A stretch of 64,000 bases of DNA from Syntrophales bacterium (GCA_963662405.2 CAXXKT010000001.1:800001-864000), one strand, 5' to 3'; shown: positions 30,276 through 40,034, numbered from the stretch's first letter. Numbers and translations are program-made. Notes: a model not told the origin generated them from the letters alone.

Positions 30276-31532
30276 ATGGGTGGGGAACATCAAATGCCGG
30301 ACAAGGTAAAACAATTGATGGAGAAGGGGGTTACCATCCCCAATCCTTCCTCGGTGAAAATCGGCGACGAGGTGGTGATGGAACGGATATCGGGGAGCGG
30401 GATCGTCCTGTACGGGGGGACAAAGCTGTACGGTGCCACGACACTGATCTGCGCGGGGACCGAATTGGGGTACGAGGCCCCGGTGACGGTTGTTGACTGC
30501 ACGATCGGGCGGGATGTCCGGTTGGCGGGAGGTTTTTTCAAGGGGTCGACCGTACTGGACGGTGTGCAGGTGACATCCGGTGCGCATGTCCGGGAGGGGT
30601 GTCTCCTCGAAGAGAACGTGCGGATCGGTCACACGGTCGGCCTGAAACAGACTATCCTCTTCCCCTTCGTTACCCTGGGGAGTCTGATCAATCTCTGCGA
30701 CTGTCTGATGTCCGGTGGGACGGGCAGGAAGAATCACAGCGAAGTGGGGAGTTCCTACATCCATTTCAACTACACGCCGAATCAGGACAAGGCCACCGCG
30801 TCCCTGATCGGGGATGTGCCGACCGGGGTGATGCTCGACCAGCCCCCGATCTTCCTGGGGGGACAGGGCGGATTGGTAGGACCGGTCCGGATCGGCCACG
30901 GGACCGTCATCGCGGCGGGGACCGTCTCCGGCACGGATTGTCCCGAAGGCGGGAAACTTCTCAAAAGGCGGAACGCCACCGCCTTTGAAACGGATTTCCA
31001 TCGGGGGCTGTATCGCGATGTCGACAGAAAAGTACGTAATAATATTTTTTACATCGCGCATCTCCTTGCCCTGAAACAGTGGTACATTCATGTCAGGACT
31101 CCGTTTTTCCAGGAATGGAAAAACGGGCGTGAATTGGTTGATGGGGCAATCAAGACACTGGAGGCGGCAATCTGGGAACGGGTGAAGCAGTTCGGCGCCT
31201 TTGCGGGGAAGCTGACGGAATCCGCGCGAATCGGAAGGAGTGCTCCGGGTATGGAGAAACACGACAGGGTCATCGCGCTGGAAGAGGGGATATCGGATGT
31301 CTGGCCATCGCTCGAGGCCGCCCTGACGCAGGGGCTGGAAGAATCCGTGGCCCTGGATGAGCGAGACCGCTTCCTGGTCTCGCTCAGGCATCAGCGGATC
31401 ACCGACGCGGGGTATCTGGAAACCATGCAGGCGCTGGACGAGCAAACCCGGGCTCTCGGAAGGACGTGGCTTCAGGAGATCGTCGACGAGATCTCGGAAG
31501 AGGCCTTCGCCATCGTGCCCCTGTGCCGGTGA
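30276..31532 (+). CDS. GlmU-like left-handed beta-helix protein without a nucleotidyltransferase domain
   Basis: GVTIPNPSSVKIG, AHVREG, hexapeptide repeats, HFNY, extra helical C-terminus. Confidence 0.7.
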   Translation: MGGEHQMPDKVKQLMEKGVTIPNPSSVKIGDEVVMERISGSGIVLYGGTKLYGATTLICAGTELGYEAPVTVVDCTIGRDVRLAGGFFKGSTVLDGVQVTSGAHVREGCLLEENVRIGHTVGLKQTILFPFVTLGSLINLCDCLMSGGTGRKNHSEVGSSYIHFNYTPNQDKATASLIGDVPTGVMLDQPPIFLGGQGGLVGPVRIGHGTVIAAGTVSGTDCPEGGKLLKRRNATAFETDFHRGLYRDVDRKVRNNIFYIAHLLALKQWYIHVRTPFFQEWKNGRELVDGAIKTLEAAIWERVKQFGAFAGKLTESARIGRSAPGMEKHDRVIALEEGISDVWPSLEAALTQGLEESVALDERDRFLVSLRHQRITDAGYLETMQALDEQTRALGRTWLQEIVDEISEEAFAIVPLCR

Positions 31533-31541
31533 CGGCGTTTA

Positions 31542-32324
31542 TTACGGGGCGTACGCCCCCGCCGGTACCCGGAGTTCAAACTGCACCGTTTCAAACGGGG
31601 CGGGGCCTGTATTGAATAATCGCTCAATAAATCTGACGGTTCCTTCATGATCAACGAGGATGACCGTAGACGAACGGGTTCCATATATGTCGCTCCGGAT
31701 GAAAACGGACGAGAGGAGCCGCTCCCATTCAATACCGATACCCGTATCCGGCAGCTCCCGGTCGTCGGGATGGGTCGTGTCCCCGAGGATGTCAAATATC
31801 TCGTCGGAAGACGGGTCCTGGCTTGACAACACACCGTCGAGGCGTGACCTCCCGCGCTCTACCTTCGGCCAGGGAGTGTCCAGCAGGTGGTTGCTGATCC
31901 CGTGTGTCCCCGGGAGTATCTCGCTGAAGACACCGGTCTTGTTCGAAAAATGAAAGAGCCCCTTCCCATCGCCCATCAGCAGGTTGAACCCGTTATACCG
32001 ATCGGCGTGGGGGCGTATCCCGTCAATATATTTATCCGGGGCGGCATCGCCGCGGAGAAACCCGCTGACCAGTCCTCCCCGCGACGGCGCATTGTCTTTG
32101 AGGGTACGGGGGTCCCGATAGTTGGTAATCGCCGCCATGCGCCCGGACCGGGTAATCCCGAGCCAGGTCCCTCCGTCCCGCAGATCTCTTCCCGCCAGGA
32201 TGTCGGGTTGATCGTCCCAGAACGAGGCCGGCGCCGTGGGGCGTTCGTAAAACTCGTCTCGATTCGCCGCAATAATCAGCGGGTATGCTGGATGACGCCG
32301 GTATGAGAAGAGGATCAGGCACAT
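31542..32324 (-). CDS. NRDE/TANGO2 family protein
   Basis: MCLI...AANRDEFYERPT, GRDL..GGTWLG, SRG, YGTRSSTV. Confidence 0.93.
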   Translation of the reverse strand: MCLILFSYRRHPAYPLIIAANRDEFYERPTAPASFWDDQPDILAGRDLRDGGTWLGITRSGRMAAITNYRDPRTLKDNAPSRGGLVSGFLRGDAAPDKYIDGIRPHADRYNGFNLLMGDGKGLFHFSNKTGVFSEILPGTHGISNHLLDTPWPKVERGRSRLDGVLSSQDPSSDEIFDILGDTTHPDDRELPDTGIGIEWERLLSSVFIRSDIYGTRSSTVILVDHEGTVRFIERLFNTGPAPFETVQFELRVPAGAYAP

Positions 32325-32331
32325 GTCCTGC

Positions 32332-33111
32332 CTATACCCCTTCCCTGACCGCGTCCACCATCTTCGACATGACCTCGCCGGCCTTTCCTTCGATCAGGAT
32401 ATCGGCGCGGGAGTCGAAGGGAGTGTCTCCGATATTGACAATAATAAGCCGCGCACCCGCCTCCTTGGCATATGCGGGCATCAGTGCCGCCGGGTGGACG
32501 ACCAGGGAAGACCCCACAACGATAAAGAGGTCGCACTGCATGGAATAGGTGGTGGCGGTGTTCAGCACGTCATGGGGAAGCATCTCCCCGAAGAAAACGA
32601 CATCGGGTTTGAGGATCCCGCCGCATCTTTTGCATTCGGGGACCTCGACCCCCTGCTGCAATACCGCCCTGATCTCGTCGACCGAGTATCTCTCGCCGCA
32701 ATCGATGCATTTGATCCACTGCATGTTACCGTGCAGTTCAAAAACCGTGTCCGGGGAATTCCCCGCTTTCTGATGCAGGTTGTCGATATTCTGAGTGATG
32801 ACGCATTCGATCTTCCCCATCTCTTCCAGCTGGGCGATGGCGTAATGCGCCTTATTCGGTTGAACGGTGGAAAACAGGTCCCCTTCAATCAGGATCTTCC
32901 ACTGTTTCCTCCGTGTTTCCCTGCTGCTGAGAAATTTCTGTATGGTAAAGTCATCGGGGTCGAATTTGGTCCATATCCCCGCCGGTCCCCGAAAATCCGG
33001 GATTCCTGATTCGGTGCTGATACCGGCCCCGGTGAAGACCACCACCTTGCGGGAGGCCAGTATCATGTCGGCTGCCGCTGTGATCTTTTCATGGAACTGA
33101 TTTTCAACCAT
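32332..33111 (-). CDS. cobB: Sir2-family NAD-dependent deacylase
   Basis: TGAGISTESGIPDFRG, TQNIDNLH, HG, two CxxC, KPDVVFFGE, GSSL; an alternative ATG at 33171 overlaps the upstream stop. Confidence 0.92.
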   Translation of the reverse strand: MVENQFHEKITAAADMILASRKVVVFTGAGISTESGIPDFRGPAGIWTKFDPDDFTIQKFLSSRETRRKQWKILIEGDLFSTVQPNKAHYAIAQLEEMGKIECVITQNIDNLHQKAGNSPDTVFELHGNMQWIKCIDCGERYSVDEIRAVLQQGVEVPECKRCGGILKPDVVFFGEMLPHDVLNTATTYSMQCDLFIVVGSSLVVHPAALMPAYAKEAGARLIIVNIGDTPFDSRADILIEGKAGEVMSKMVDAVREGV

Positions 33112-33167
33112 GAGGTTCTCCTCTCCGTTCTCTTCGCCGCGTTCATCTCGTACCGTCTGTCCTGGAT

Positions 33168-34532
33168 TCATTCTTTGAATCCATATTTTTTTAGTTTGTA
33201 CCGGAGGGTCCGCTCGGTAATCCCCAGGATCTCCGCCGCCCGAGTCTGGTTCTGTCCGGTTTCTTCAAGAGCCTGTTCTATCCGCGTGCGCTCCAGGGAT
33301 TCGATCTCGTCCTTGAGGGCTCCCCCTCCCTTGTGCTCGGAGAAATGATCAGCAGACACATTTTCAAACGGGAGATCTTTTTCCGATATAACCCGGCCCC
33401 GTGCGATGACAACCGCCCGTTCGATAATATTCTCCAACTCCCTGACATTTCCCGGATAGTTATATTTCAGGAGCGTATCCGTGGCTTCGTTGCTGAGACC
33501 GTCTATCTCCTTATCGTTCTCCGTGGAAAATTGCTGTATGAAATAATCGATCAAGAGGGGTATATCCCCTTTTCTGTTTCTGAGTGGGGGTATCGTCATC
33601 GAGACCACGTTCAGCCGGTAAAAGAGATCTTCCCTGAAGGTACCTTCCTTCACTCCCTCTTCAAGTATCCGGTTTGTCGCGCTGATAATCCGCACATCAG
33701 CGCGGATGGTCTGGTTTCCCCCCAGCCGCTGAAATTCCCGCTCCTGGAGAAATCGAAGGAGCTTTACCTGGACGGGTGGCGAGAGCTCCCCGATCTCGTC
33801 GAGAAAGAGGGTTCCTCCATCCGCCTCCTCAAACCGTCCGACCCTCCGCGCCGTTGCCCCGGTGAACGCCCCTTTCTCATGACCGAAGAGTTCACTCTCA
33901 AGGAGGGTCTCCGGAATAGCCGCGCAATTGACCACGATCATCGGTTTTTCAGATCTTGGGCTCGTGGCATGGATCAGTCGCGCGAAGAGTTCCTTGCCGG
34001 TTCCGCTTTCTCCTTGTATCAGGACTGTCGCACGGCTTGACGCGACTCGCGCCGCCATATTGACCATCGTCTCCATCCCGGAATCTCGATAGATAATCTG
34101 TCCGGTGGAAATATCTTTTTTCCACAGCTTCTTTCGGAGAATCTCGTTTTCCCGGATCAGGGTCTGCCGCTCCGCGATCCTATCGACCAGGATGATCAGT
34201 TCATCCAGATCGATGGGCTTGGGGATATAGTCGACGGCACCGAGCTTCATGGCGTCGACGGCCGTCTCTATGGTGCCGTATGCCGTCATCATCACGACGT
34301 TGATCTGCGGGTTTATCTTCTTGATCTCCCTCAGGACCTCGATACCGTTCATCCCCGGCATCTTGAAATCGAGAAGGAGGAGATCGAAGTGACTGTGGCG
34401 AACCTGCCGTATCGCAGCATCGCCATCTTCCGCCCCGGCGACGTTATGCCCTTCTCCGGCAAGAAATTCTTTCAACATCTCACGCTGGGACTGTCCATCT
34501 TCGACAATCAGTATATTCAATCTATCCATCAC
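33168..34532 (-). CDS. Sigma54-dependent response regulator (NtrC/ZraR type)
   Basis: Receiver [31 protein letters not shown], Fis HTH. Confidence 0.95.
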   Translation of the reverse strand: MMDRLNILIVEDGQSQREMLKEFLAGEGHNVAGAEDGDAAIRQVRHSHFDLLLLDFKMPGMNGIEVLREIKKINPQINVVMMTAYGTIETAVDAMKLGAVDYIPKPIDLDELIILVDRIAERQTLIRENEILRKKLWKKDISTGQIIYRDSGMETMVNMAARVASSRATVLIQGESGTGKELFARLIHATSPRSEKPMIVVNCAAIPETLLESELFGHEKGAFTGATARRVGRFEEADGGTLFLDEIGELSPPVQVKLLRFLQEREFQRLGGNQTIRADVRIISATNRILEEGVKEGTFREDLFYRLNVVSMTIPPLRNRKGDIPLLIDYFIQQFSTENDKEIDGLSNEATDTLLKYNYPGNVRELENIIERAVVIARGRVISEKDLPFENVSADHFSEHKGGGALKDEIESLERTRIEQALEETGQNQTRAAEILGITERTLRYKLKKYGFKE

Positions 34533-36321
34533 TCAACACCGTTTCCCTGCCGGATACGGGAAGCAGTACAATAAAAGTGGTCCCAATCCCGACACTGCTT
34601 TCAACATGTATCTCACCATCGTGCCCCCGAATAATTTCATGTGCCAGGGCCAGGCCAAGGCCCAACCCCTTCTCTTTGGTTGTATATTCCGGATCGAATA
34701 TGTGATCGATCTCATCGGCAGTCAAACCACATCCGGTATCCTCTATCTTGACGCTTACCATCCCCTTCCCCTTCGGCACAGCGGAGATAGTGATCGTTCC
34801 CTTTCCAGAAATGGCCTCCATTGCATTCTTCAGAAGATTGTAGAAGGCCTGCCTGAGCTTGTCCATATCCATGGGGATGATCAGGGGGTCCTTGTGTTCC
34901 CAATCGGTTTGTATCGTAATCCCCTTCAGATTGGCCTCCTCGCGTATAAGACTGGCCATTCGTTCCAGAACCATGGTGATGGAATGGTTGCTGAACTCCA
35001 GCCGGCGGCTTCGGGAAAAAATGACGAATTCCTCTACGATTCTATTCAGTCGCTTAATCTCATCGCGGATAATACCGGCAATATTCTGGAACCCTTTTCT
35101 CTTTTCATCATCTTCAGGAGAATATTCACGGTGAATTCTTTGACTGGCCATACTGATCGCATTCAATGGATTGCGGATCTCATGGGCCACACCGGCGGCC
35201 AGTTGTCCCAGTGCGGAAAGTTTTTCGGCCTGCTGAAGCCGCTTTCCCATCTCCTCCATCCTGCGAGAGTACTTTTTCTGATTAAGATAAATGGCGAACA
35301 TCGACAGGACCCCTATTGCCATAATAGATATCATGGAAACAATGGTCCGGTTTCTGGTCTCCCTGAAAATCATGTCGCAACTCTCGTGATTCAGGCCGAG
35401 GCGGCCGAAGCCGGCGACGGTGTTATCGAGATGTACGGGGACGGTCAGATCAAGCAGGTTTACGCCGCCGACGGTAACCTTACGACTTGCCATATCACTT
35501 TTGCCCTTCAAGATATCGAGCGCCGCGGGGTCGACATCTTCGATCTGTTTCCGATATACTCCCGCACGACCCAGCACTCTTCCATGCTCGTTGATGACGA
35601 TAAGATAGATCAATCCCTGGCCAAGCCCAACGTCGTCAATCGCCTTTTGCATGGCAATCTTCATGCTCCAGTATCTGAGCCCCGCATTGTCGAGGGCCAT
35701 TAATATCGTCCCGCTACCATCCTTCCGGCGAAGAGCTATATAGCCGATTTCGTTAAGCTTTCCAAACTTGTTGAAGAGGTCTATGATGAGGTCTTTATCC
35801 CCTGCCATTTCCTGATTTGTTTCGGGAAGGAGTTCGGTGATAAATTCACGACTCTTGAAGACGATTTTTCCGTGCTCATCGAGAACGGCTATCAACCACA
35901 GATTCTCACGATCAGCGAATGTCTTCAGCGTGCGGTCGCTGAGGTGCTCGGCTTTCCACTCGGTATCGAGATCACGCGCCAGATCCACTAAACCCTTGAC
36001 GAGGGCCTCCTGTGGCGAGAATTCTTCATTTCTCAGGGGAACAAAGGCATTGACCCCCTCCCCTCGGTCCTCCTTGAGAGTCTGGTATAAGAAGGCAAGG
36101 TTTTCCTGTGCCACGTTTTCAACAGTTGTGATTATATCAACCCCTCTGTTTTCCATAAAGCGCACCAGTGTCTTGTCGAGGCGCATCAGATCCATAATTC
36201 CCATTACCAGGATGAGGGACAGAAACAGGATCATCACAAGGGCTACAACCAATGGTCGAAGAAATGTCCCCGTATATCCGGGGGATGTAGTGTGCCATGT
36301 TATATCCTTTGGGAATTTCAT
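34522..36321 (-). CDS. Membrane sensor histidine kinase
   Basis: Two TM helices around a periplasmic domain, AHEIRNPL H-box, N/G boxes, GLGLGL. Confidence 0.93.
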   Translation of the reverse strand: MKFPKDITWHTTSPGYTGTFLRPLVVALVMILFLSLILVMGIMDLMRLDKTLVRFMENRGVDIITTVENVAQENLAFLYQTLKEDRGEGVNAFVPLRNEEFSPQEALVKGLVDLARDLDTEWKAEHLSDRTLKTFADRENLWLIAVLDEHGKIVFKSREFITELLPETNQEMAGDKDLIIDLFNKFGKLNEIGYIALRRKDGSGTILMALDNAGLRYWSMKIAMQKAIDDVGLGQGLIYLIVINEHGRVLGRAGVYRKQIEDVDPAALDILKGKSDMASRKVTVGGVNLLDLTVPVHLDNTVAGFGRLGLNHESCDMIFRETRNRTIVSMISIMAIGVLSMFAIYLNQKKYSRRMEEMGKRLQQAEKLSALGQLAAGVAHEIRNPLNAISMASQRIHREYSPEDDEKRKGFQNIAGIIRDEIKRLNRIVEEFVIFSRSRRLEFSNHSITMVLERMASLIREEANLKGITIQTDWEHKDPLIIPMDMDKLRQAFYNLLKNAMEAISGKGTITISAVPKGKGMVSVKIEDTGCGLTADEIDHIFDPEYTTKEKGLGLGLALAHEIIRGHDGEIHVESSVGIGTTFIVLLPVSGRETVLSDG

Positions 36322-36518
36322 TACGAGTATATCTCAGACCTCCCATTATACGATCGACACCCCCTTTGATCTTCACCACCACGAACCATAATCCATATCC
36401 GTCCGTCATGACCCTCCCGCCACGGGGGGAAAACAGGATACTGCCAATCGATTCTATTTGACGAGCAACCTTTTATATCATACCTGATATCCTGAGAATA
36501 GATCGAAAAGCCATAAAC

Positions 36519-36534
36519 TCGACGATTTTGTCGA
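36519..36534. promoter_or_regulatory. Putative enhancer (UAS) dyad TCGAC-N6-GTCGA
   Basis: Inverted repeat about 160-170 bp upstream of the sigma54 promoter; partial copy TCGACATTTTTCTC at 36607. Confidence 0.45.
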
Positions 36535-36669
36535 ATCTGACAGACAACCGGTAAAACATGTTATCTAATTATTTTTGCTGGACTTTAAATTTTTCTCCTT
36601 CTGGGTTCGACATTTTTCTCCATCCTGAGGCCCATCACCCACGGAACCATCATGGAGAATATGCCTTAA

Positions 36670-36682
36670 TATCAAATACTTA
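36670..36682 (+). promoter_or_regulatory. Putative IHF site TATCAAATACTTA
   Basis: Exact match to WATCAA-N4-TTR, just upstream of the -24 element. Confidence 0.6.
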
Positions 36683-36689
36683 GGAAATT

Positions 36690-36705
36690 GGGCACGAAAA
36701 ATGCT
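36690..36705 (+). promoter_or_regulatory. Sigma54 (-24/-12) promoter GGGCACGAAAAATGCT
   Basis: GG-N10-GC spacing with a GGCACG core; divergent from a GAFTGA-containing regulator operon. Confidence 0.7.
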
Positions 36706-36715
36706 ATAACGTCTC

Positions 36716-36810
36716 TTATCTTTCCGGAAAAGCCCTCCTGTTTTTCTGGTTTGAACCCTTGTGGAGTATGAATCTGCGGCTTTCATTCCCTGAAAGCCGC
36801 AGATTCGTAA
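36716..36810 (+). ncRNA. Candidate sigma54-dependent small RNA
   Basis: Short non-coding stretch after the promoter with anti-SD CCCTCCT (36733-36739), ending in a perfect 16-bp hairpin (36770-36806). Confidence 0.45.
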
Positions 36811-36850
36811 GAATCCAGGCGTCCTGTCTTTCCTACCCTTCGTGTACCCA

Positions 36851-36870
36851 CTGGTATTCTTGAATACCAG
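36851..36870. promoter_or_regulatory. Palindrome CTGGTATTC-TT-GAATACCAG, possible operator
   Basis: 9-bp perfect arms about 35 bp upstream of the TTGACA at 36905. Confidence 0.45.
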
Positions 36871-36904
36871 CGGATCGTACGCTGTTCCAGACCGGAAAAT
36901 ACAA

Positions 36905-36934
36905 TTGACACATGCCTTTTGAAACGGGTATTGT
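36905..36934 (+). promoter_or_regulatory. Putative sigma70 promoter of the NMO/FabK-like gene
   Basis: TTGACA-N18-TATTGT. Confidence 0.5.
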
Positions 36935-36962
36935 TCAAGAAAATAGCGAGAAGGAGTGCTTT

Positions 36963-38015
36963 ATGAAAACCCGCATGACTGAGCTTTTCGGAATCCGGTA
37001 TCCCATCATGCTGGCCGGGATGAGCTGGATCAGCATCCCCGAAATGGTGGCAGCCGTTTCCAATGCAGGAGGCCTGGGTGTCTTGGCAACGGGACCGCTG
37101 AAGACACAGGAGACACGAGACAGCATAAAGAAAATACGGGCACTTACCGACAAGCCCTTCGGCGCGAATGCAACTCTCTTTTTCCCGGGAGCGAAGGAAA
37201 ATGCCAAGGTTCTCCTGGAGGAAGAGGTTCCCGTGATCAACTTTTCGCTCGGGAAAGGGGATTGGCTTGTGCATGCCGCCCACAAATACGGAGGGAAAGT
37301 GATCGCCACCGTCGTGAATAAGCAACATGCGGTTGCTGCGGAGAAACAGGGCGTCGACGCTCTCGTCGTGACGGGACATGAAGCGGCGGCCCATGGAGGA
37401 GACGCAACCTCTCTGGTGCTGATCCCCAGCATTGTAGATGAAACAACCCTTCCCGTCATAGCCGCGGGTGGATTTGCTGACGGGCGGGGTCTGGCAGCCG
37501 CGTTGGCACTTGGAGCCGAGGGGATCTCTATGGGGACACGCCTGATGGCGACACAGGAAAGTGGCCTCCACGAAACCTATAAGCAGCTTTCGCTCAAAAA
37601 GGGGGTTGACGATACGATCTACGGTGAATATTTCGACGGTCTGGGGTGTCGTTCACTGAAAACCCCTGCGGCTCTCAAGGCTTACCGAAAGGGTTTTATG
37701 GGGATGCCCGATTTCTTAGCCGCGCTCAGCAATTCCCGCGATATCGCTCGTATGCTGAACCTTCCTTACTTCAAGCTCTTCCTCGGTGTCCTTGCCTCCG
37801 GATTCAAGAACTCGGTGGTTATGGCATATCTGGCGAATGCCTTCAAGGCGATCAGCCTAGCCACTGAAAAAGGTGACATGAACCAAGGGGTCTTGACCGT
37901 CGGGCAGGCAACGGGCCTTCTCCACGATATTCCGACGGTTGCCGAGCTGTTTGAGCGGATGGCGCAAGAGGCGAACGAGGTCCACCAACGAATCTCGCTT
38001 GCTCTTGAAGAATAA
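36963..38015 (+). CDS. Nitronate monooxygenase/FabK family FMN oxidoreductase
   Basis: YPIMLAGM, AVSNAGGLG, GHEAAAHGG, IAAGGFADGRG, MGTR; SD AAGGAG. Confidence 0.9.
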   Translation: MKTRMTELFGIRYPIMLAGMSWISIPEMVAAVSNAGGLGVLATGPLKTQETRDSIKKIRALTDKPFGANATLFFPGAKENAKVLLEEEVPVINFSLGKGDWLVHAAHKYGGKVIATVVNKQHAVAAEKQGVDALVVTGHEAAAHGGDATSLVLIPSIVDETTLPVIAAGGFADGRGLAAALALGAEGISMGTRLMATQESGLHETYKQLSLKKGVDDTIYGEYFDGLGCRSLKTPAALKAYRKGFMGMPDFLAALSNSRDIARMLNLPYFKLFLGVLASGFKNSVVMAYLANAFKAISLATEKGDMNQGVLTVGQATGLLHDIPTVAELFERMAQEANEVHQRISLALEE

Positions 38016-38075
38016 GGATAGGACGTTCAAAAAAAGGGTTGTCCGTTTTACCGGCAACCCTTTCCATTACAAATA

Positions 38076-38151
<76 letters not shown>

Positions 38152-38205
38152 GATGACAGGGGTGAGAACTAGCACACGCTTCAATGGAATGTCAATACAA
38201 TTTTC

Positions 38206-38233
38206 TTGACAATTCGAAGCGCACCTATATAAT
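38206..38233 (+). promoter_or_regulatory. Consensus sigma70 promoter of tRNA-Leu
   Basis: TTGACA-N16-TATAAT, 10 nt before the tRNA. Confidence 0.8.
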
Positions 38234-38243
38234 CAGCCGCCAA

Positions 38244-38330
38244 GCCGGAGTGGTGAAACTGGTAGACGCAGGGGACTCAAAATCCCCCGACCTTACGGTC
38301 ATCTCGGTTCGATTCCGAGCTCCGGCACCA
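38244..38330 (+). tRNA. tRNA-Leu(CAA)
   Basis: GCCGGAG acceptor stem, GGGGA-CTCAAAA-TCCCC anticodon arm, long variable arm, GGTTCGATTCC, CCA; 87 nt. Confidence 0.97.
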
Positions 38331-38340
38331 TTAAGGAATC

Positions 38341-38376
38341 AAGGGGTTACGCCTGGGAAGGCGGCGCCCCTTTTTT
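38341..38376 (+). terminator. Intrinsic terminator after tRNA-Leu
   Basis: AAGGGG..CGCCT...AGGCG..CCCC followed by T6. Confidence 0.7.
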
Positions 38377-38467
38377 CTTGGGTACCTGCGATACTCGCGA
38401 ACTATGCTATAGTGACACCGTACGATGAATCTCAGAACCGCATGAGTACCTTCTGAAAGATAGAGAG

Positions 38468-38740
38468 ATGGACGATCACACCGCTTTGATCCTTCTTGAA
38501 GAATTGGCGGACCGGCTCGACATCCCCATCCGGTACGAGTCGATCACGGACGACCTGACGGGTCCGGGCGGGCTGTGCCGCATAGAAGGGAAACACACGC
38601 TGCTCATCGATGTAAAGGCGACAACCGAAGAAAGGATCCGGATCATGACGGAAGCGCTCAGGCGGTTTGACCTCAGCGCCGTCTATGTGAAACCGGCTCT
38701 CAGGGAACTGCTGGAAGAAGATGAGCTATCGTGTCTCTAA
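38468..38740 (+). CDS. Small hypothetical protein
   Basis: 90-aa ORF with protein-like composition (IPIRYE...GGLCRIEG...YVKPALRELL). Confidence 0.7.
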   Translation: MDDHTALILLEELADRLDIPIRYESITDDLTGPGGLCRIEGKHTLLIDVKATTEERIRIMTEALRRFDLSAVYVKPALRELLEEDELSCL

Positions 38741-39059
38741 GACAAGATAGAATGTTCCAATACCGCTGGTCAACAGCTGCTGATTGATGTGCGGTGAAAG
38801 AGACGTGTCGTGAGTAATATAAGTACCATCATTCAATGTCACATTGCATGATAATGATTCTGTGAGTATCAATGTGGAGACTGAGCTACCCATCCGCAGG
38901 ACAAGACAGAACAGGACTGTCGACGCCCCCATCTTTTATCTTTTTCATATTGTTTTCCCTGATATGCCGTTTATAAAACAGAAAATAAATCGAGGAATGT
39001 GAGCCTATTATGCTTGAAAAGTCTCGTTTTTTTCGATACTCGTATGTATCATACCATGA

Positions 39060-39340
39060 CGGGGGGAACACAAATGGCGCATATCGAAGGACATCCTGGA
39101 ACTCTGGAAAGAGTACATGGCCGGAATACGGTGGAAAGATCATGGAGATGCTTCCCGGCTCCATCATGCGGGTGATACCGGTCAACGAGAGTGTCGAACC
39201 GGAATCGCAGATCCTCGCCTATGATAATGTGATCAAGATTATTGAAGATGCAAAAATCCTGAGCGTCACCGACTGCTCTCGCCGCGTCATCGACGGTGCC
39301 TGCGGAAAACCGCTGGAGCTCTGCATGCAGGTGGATTGTG
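39060..39340 (+). pseudogene. Internal fragment of a 4Fe-4S protein gene
   Basis: RVIPVNESVEPESQILAYDNV...VTDCSRR...CGKPLELCMQV; CxCR motif mutated, both ends missing. Confidence 0.55.
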
Positions 39341-39515
39341 CCGCCCCGTTCCCTCGTCATCCGTGCCCCCGCCACCATCCGTGTGTGGGAGGAGACCGAC
39401 GAGCAGATCCACCGGCTCAGGGAAGATATCGAAGGATACGGAACCTGCATCCTGCAGTACCAGGAGGAGGGGTCATAAGGGTTTCGATTTAAAACCACAC
39501 AAAGGAGGCACGCAC

Positions 39516-40034
39516 ATGAAAGAGGTTCCCGCATATGAACAGTATCCCGTCAATGAAGAGGAAATGGGCAAACGGTACAAAAACTGGACGGAAGGACTCG
39601 CGTATCAGTTGATGGTTCTCTACCGTGTGGGGAAAAAGACAGGAGGTGAAAAATTTATTGAGGAATTAAAGGAGGAATTTTTCACAATGGGCAAGAACAG
39701 CGCCCGGTTATCGATGAAATTGACCGGCACGACAAAAGAAAACTTCACAGACTGTTCTTCCCTGCCGAAGATTTGTGACACCTTTGATGATTCCATGGCC
39801 AATTTCTGGGATGGCTATGTGGAAAATTCGCCGACAGCTTTTGAAAAGGAGATCCTTACCTGTCCGGTGGTAAAAAGTTATTCCATGGAGCCGGATTTCT
39901 GTGATGTGATTTTGGGGCAATTCGTGAAAGGGGTCGCTCAGGAAGCCAATCCGCAATTCAAAACGGATGGATTCAGCAAATTGCTCGTCAAAGGGGACCG
40001 CTGCTGCCGGTATCGGATCGAGCTGGAGAAATAG
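39516..40034 (+). CDS. ATC-hydrolase/V4R-like Cys-motif protein
   Basis: TCPV...FCD...LLVKGDRCCRYRIE; SD AAGGAGG. Confidence 0.65.
   Translation: MKEVPAYEQYPVNEEEMGKRYKNWTEGLAYQLMVLYRVGKKTGGEKFIEELKEEFFTMGKNSARLSMKLTGTTKENFTDCSSLPKICDTFDDSMANFWDGYVENSPTAFEKEILTCPVVKSYSMEPDFCDVILGQFVKGVAQEANPQFKTDGFSKLLVKGDRCCRYRIELEK

Noticed and set aside
28652..31445. Long minus-strand ORFs (415 and 441 aa) and similar ones elsewhere (23646-24617, 34606-35703, 46685-47767, 57769-58695)
   Set aside because: Antisense shadows of well-supported genes in GC-rich DNA, with no motifs
36768..36863. 31-codon ORF MNLRLSFPES... after the sigma54 promoter
   Set aside because: GGAG is only 1 nt from the ATG, and the start is buried in the 16-bp hairpin
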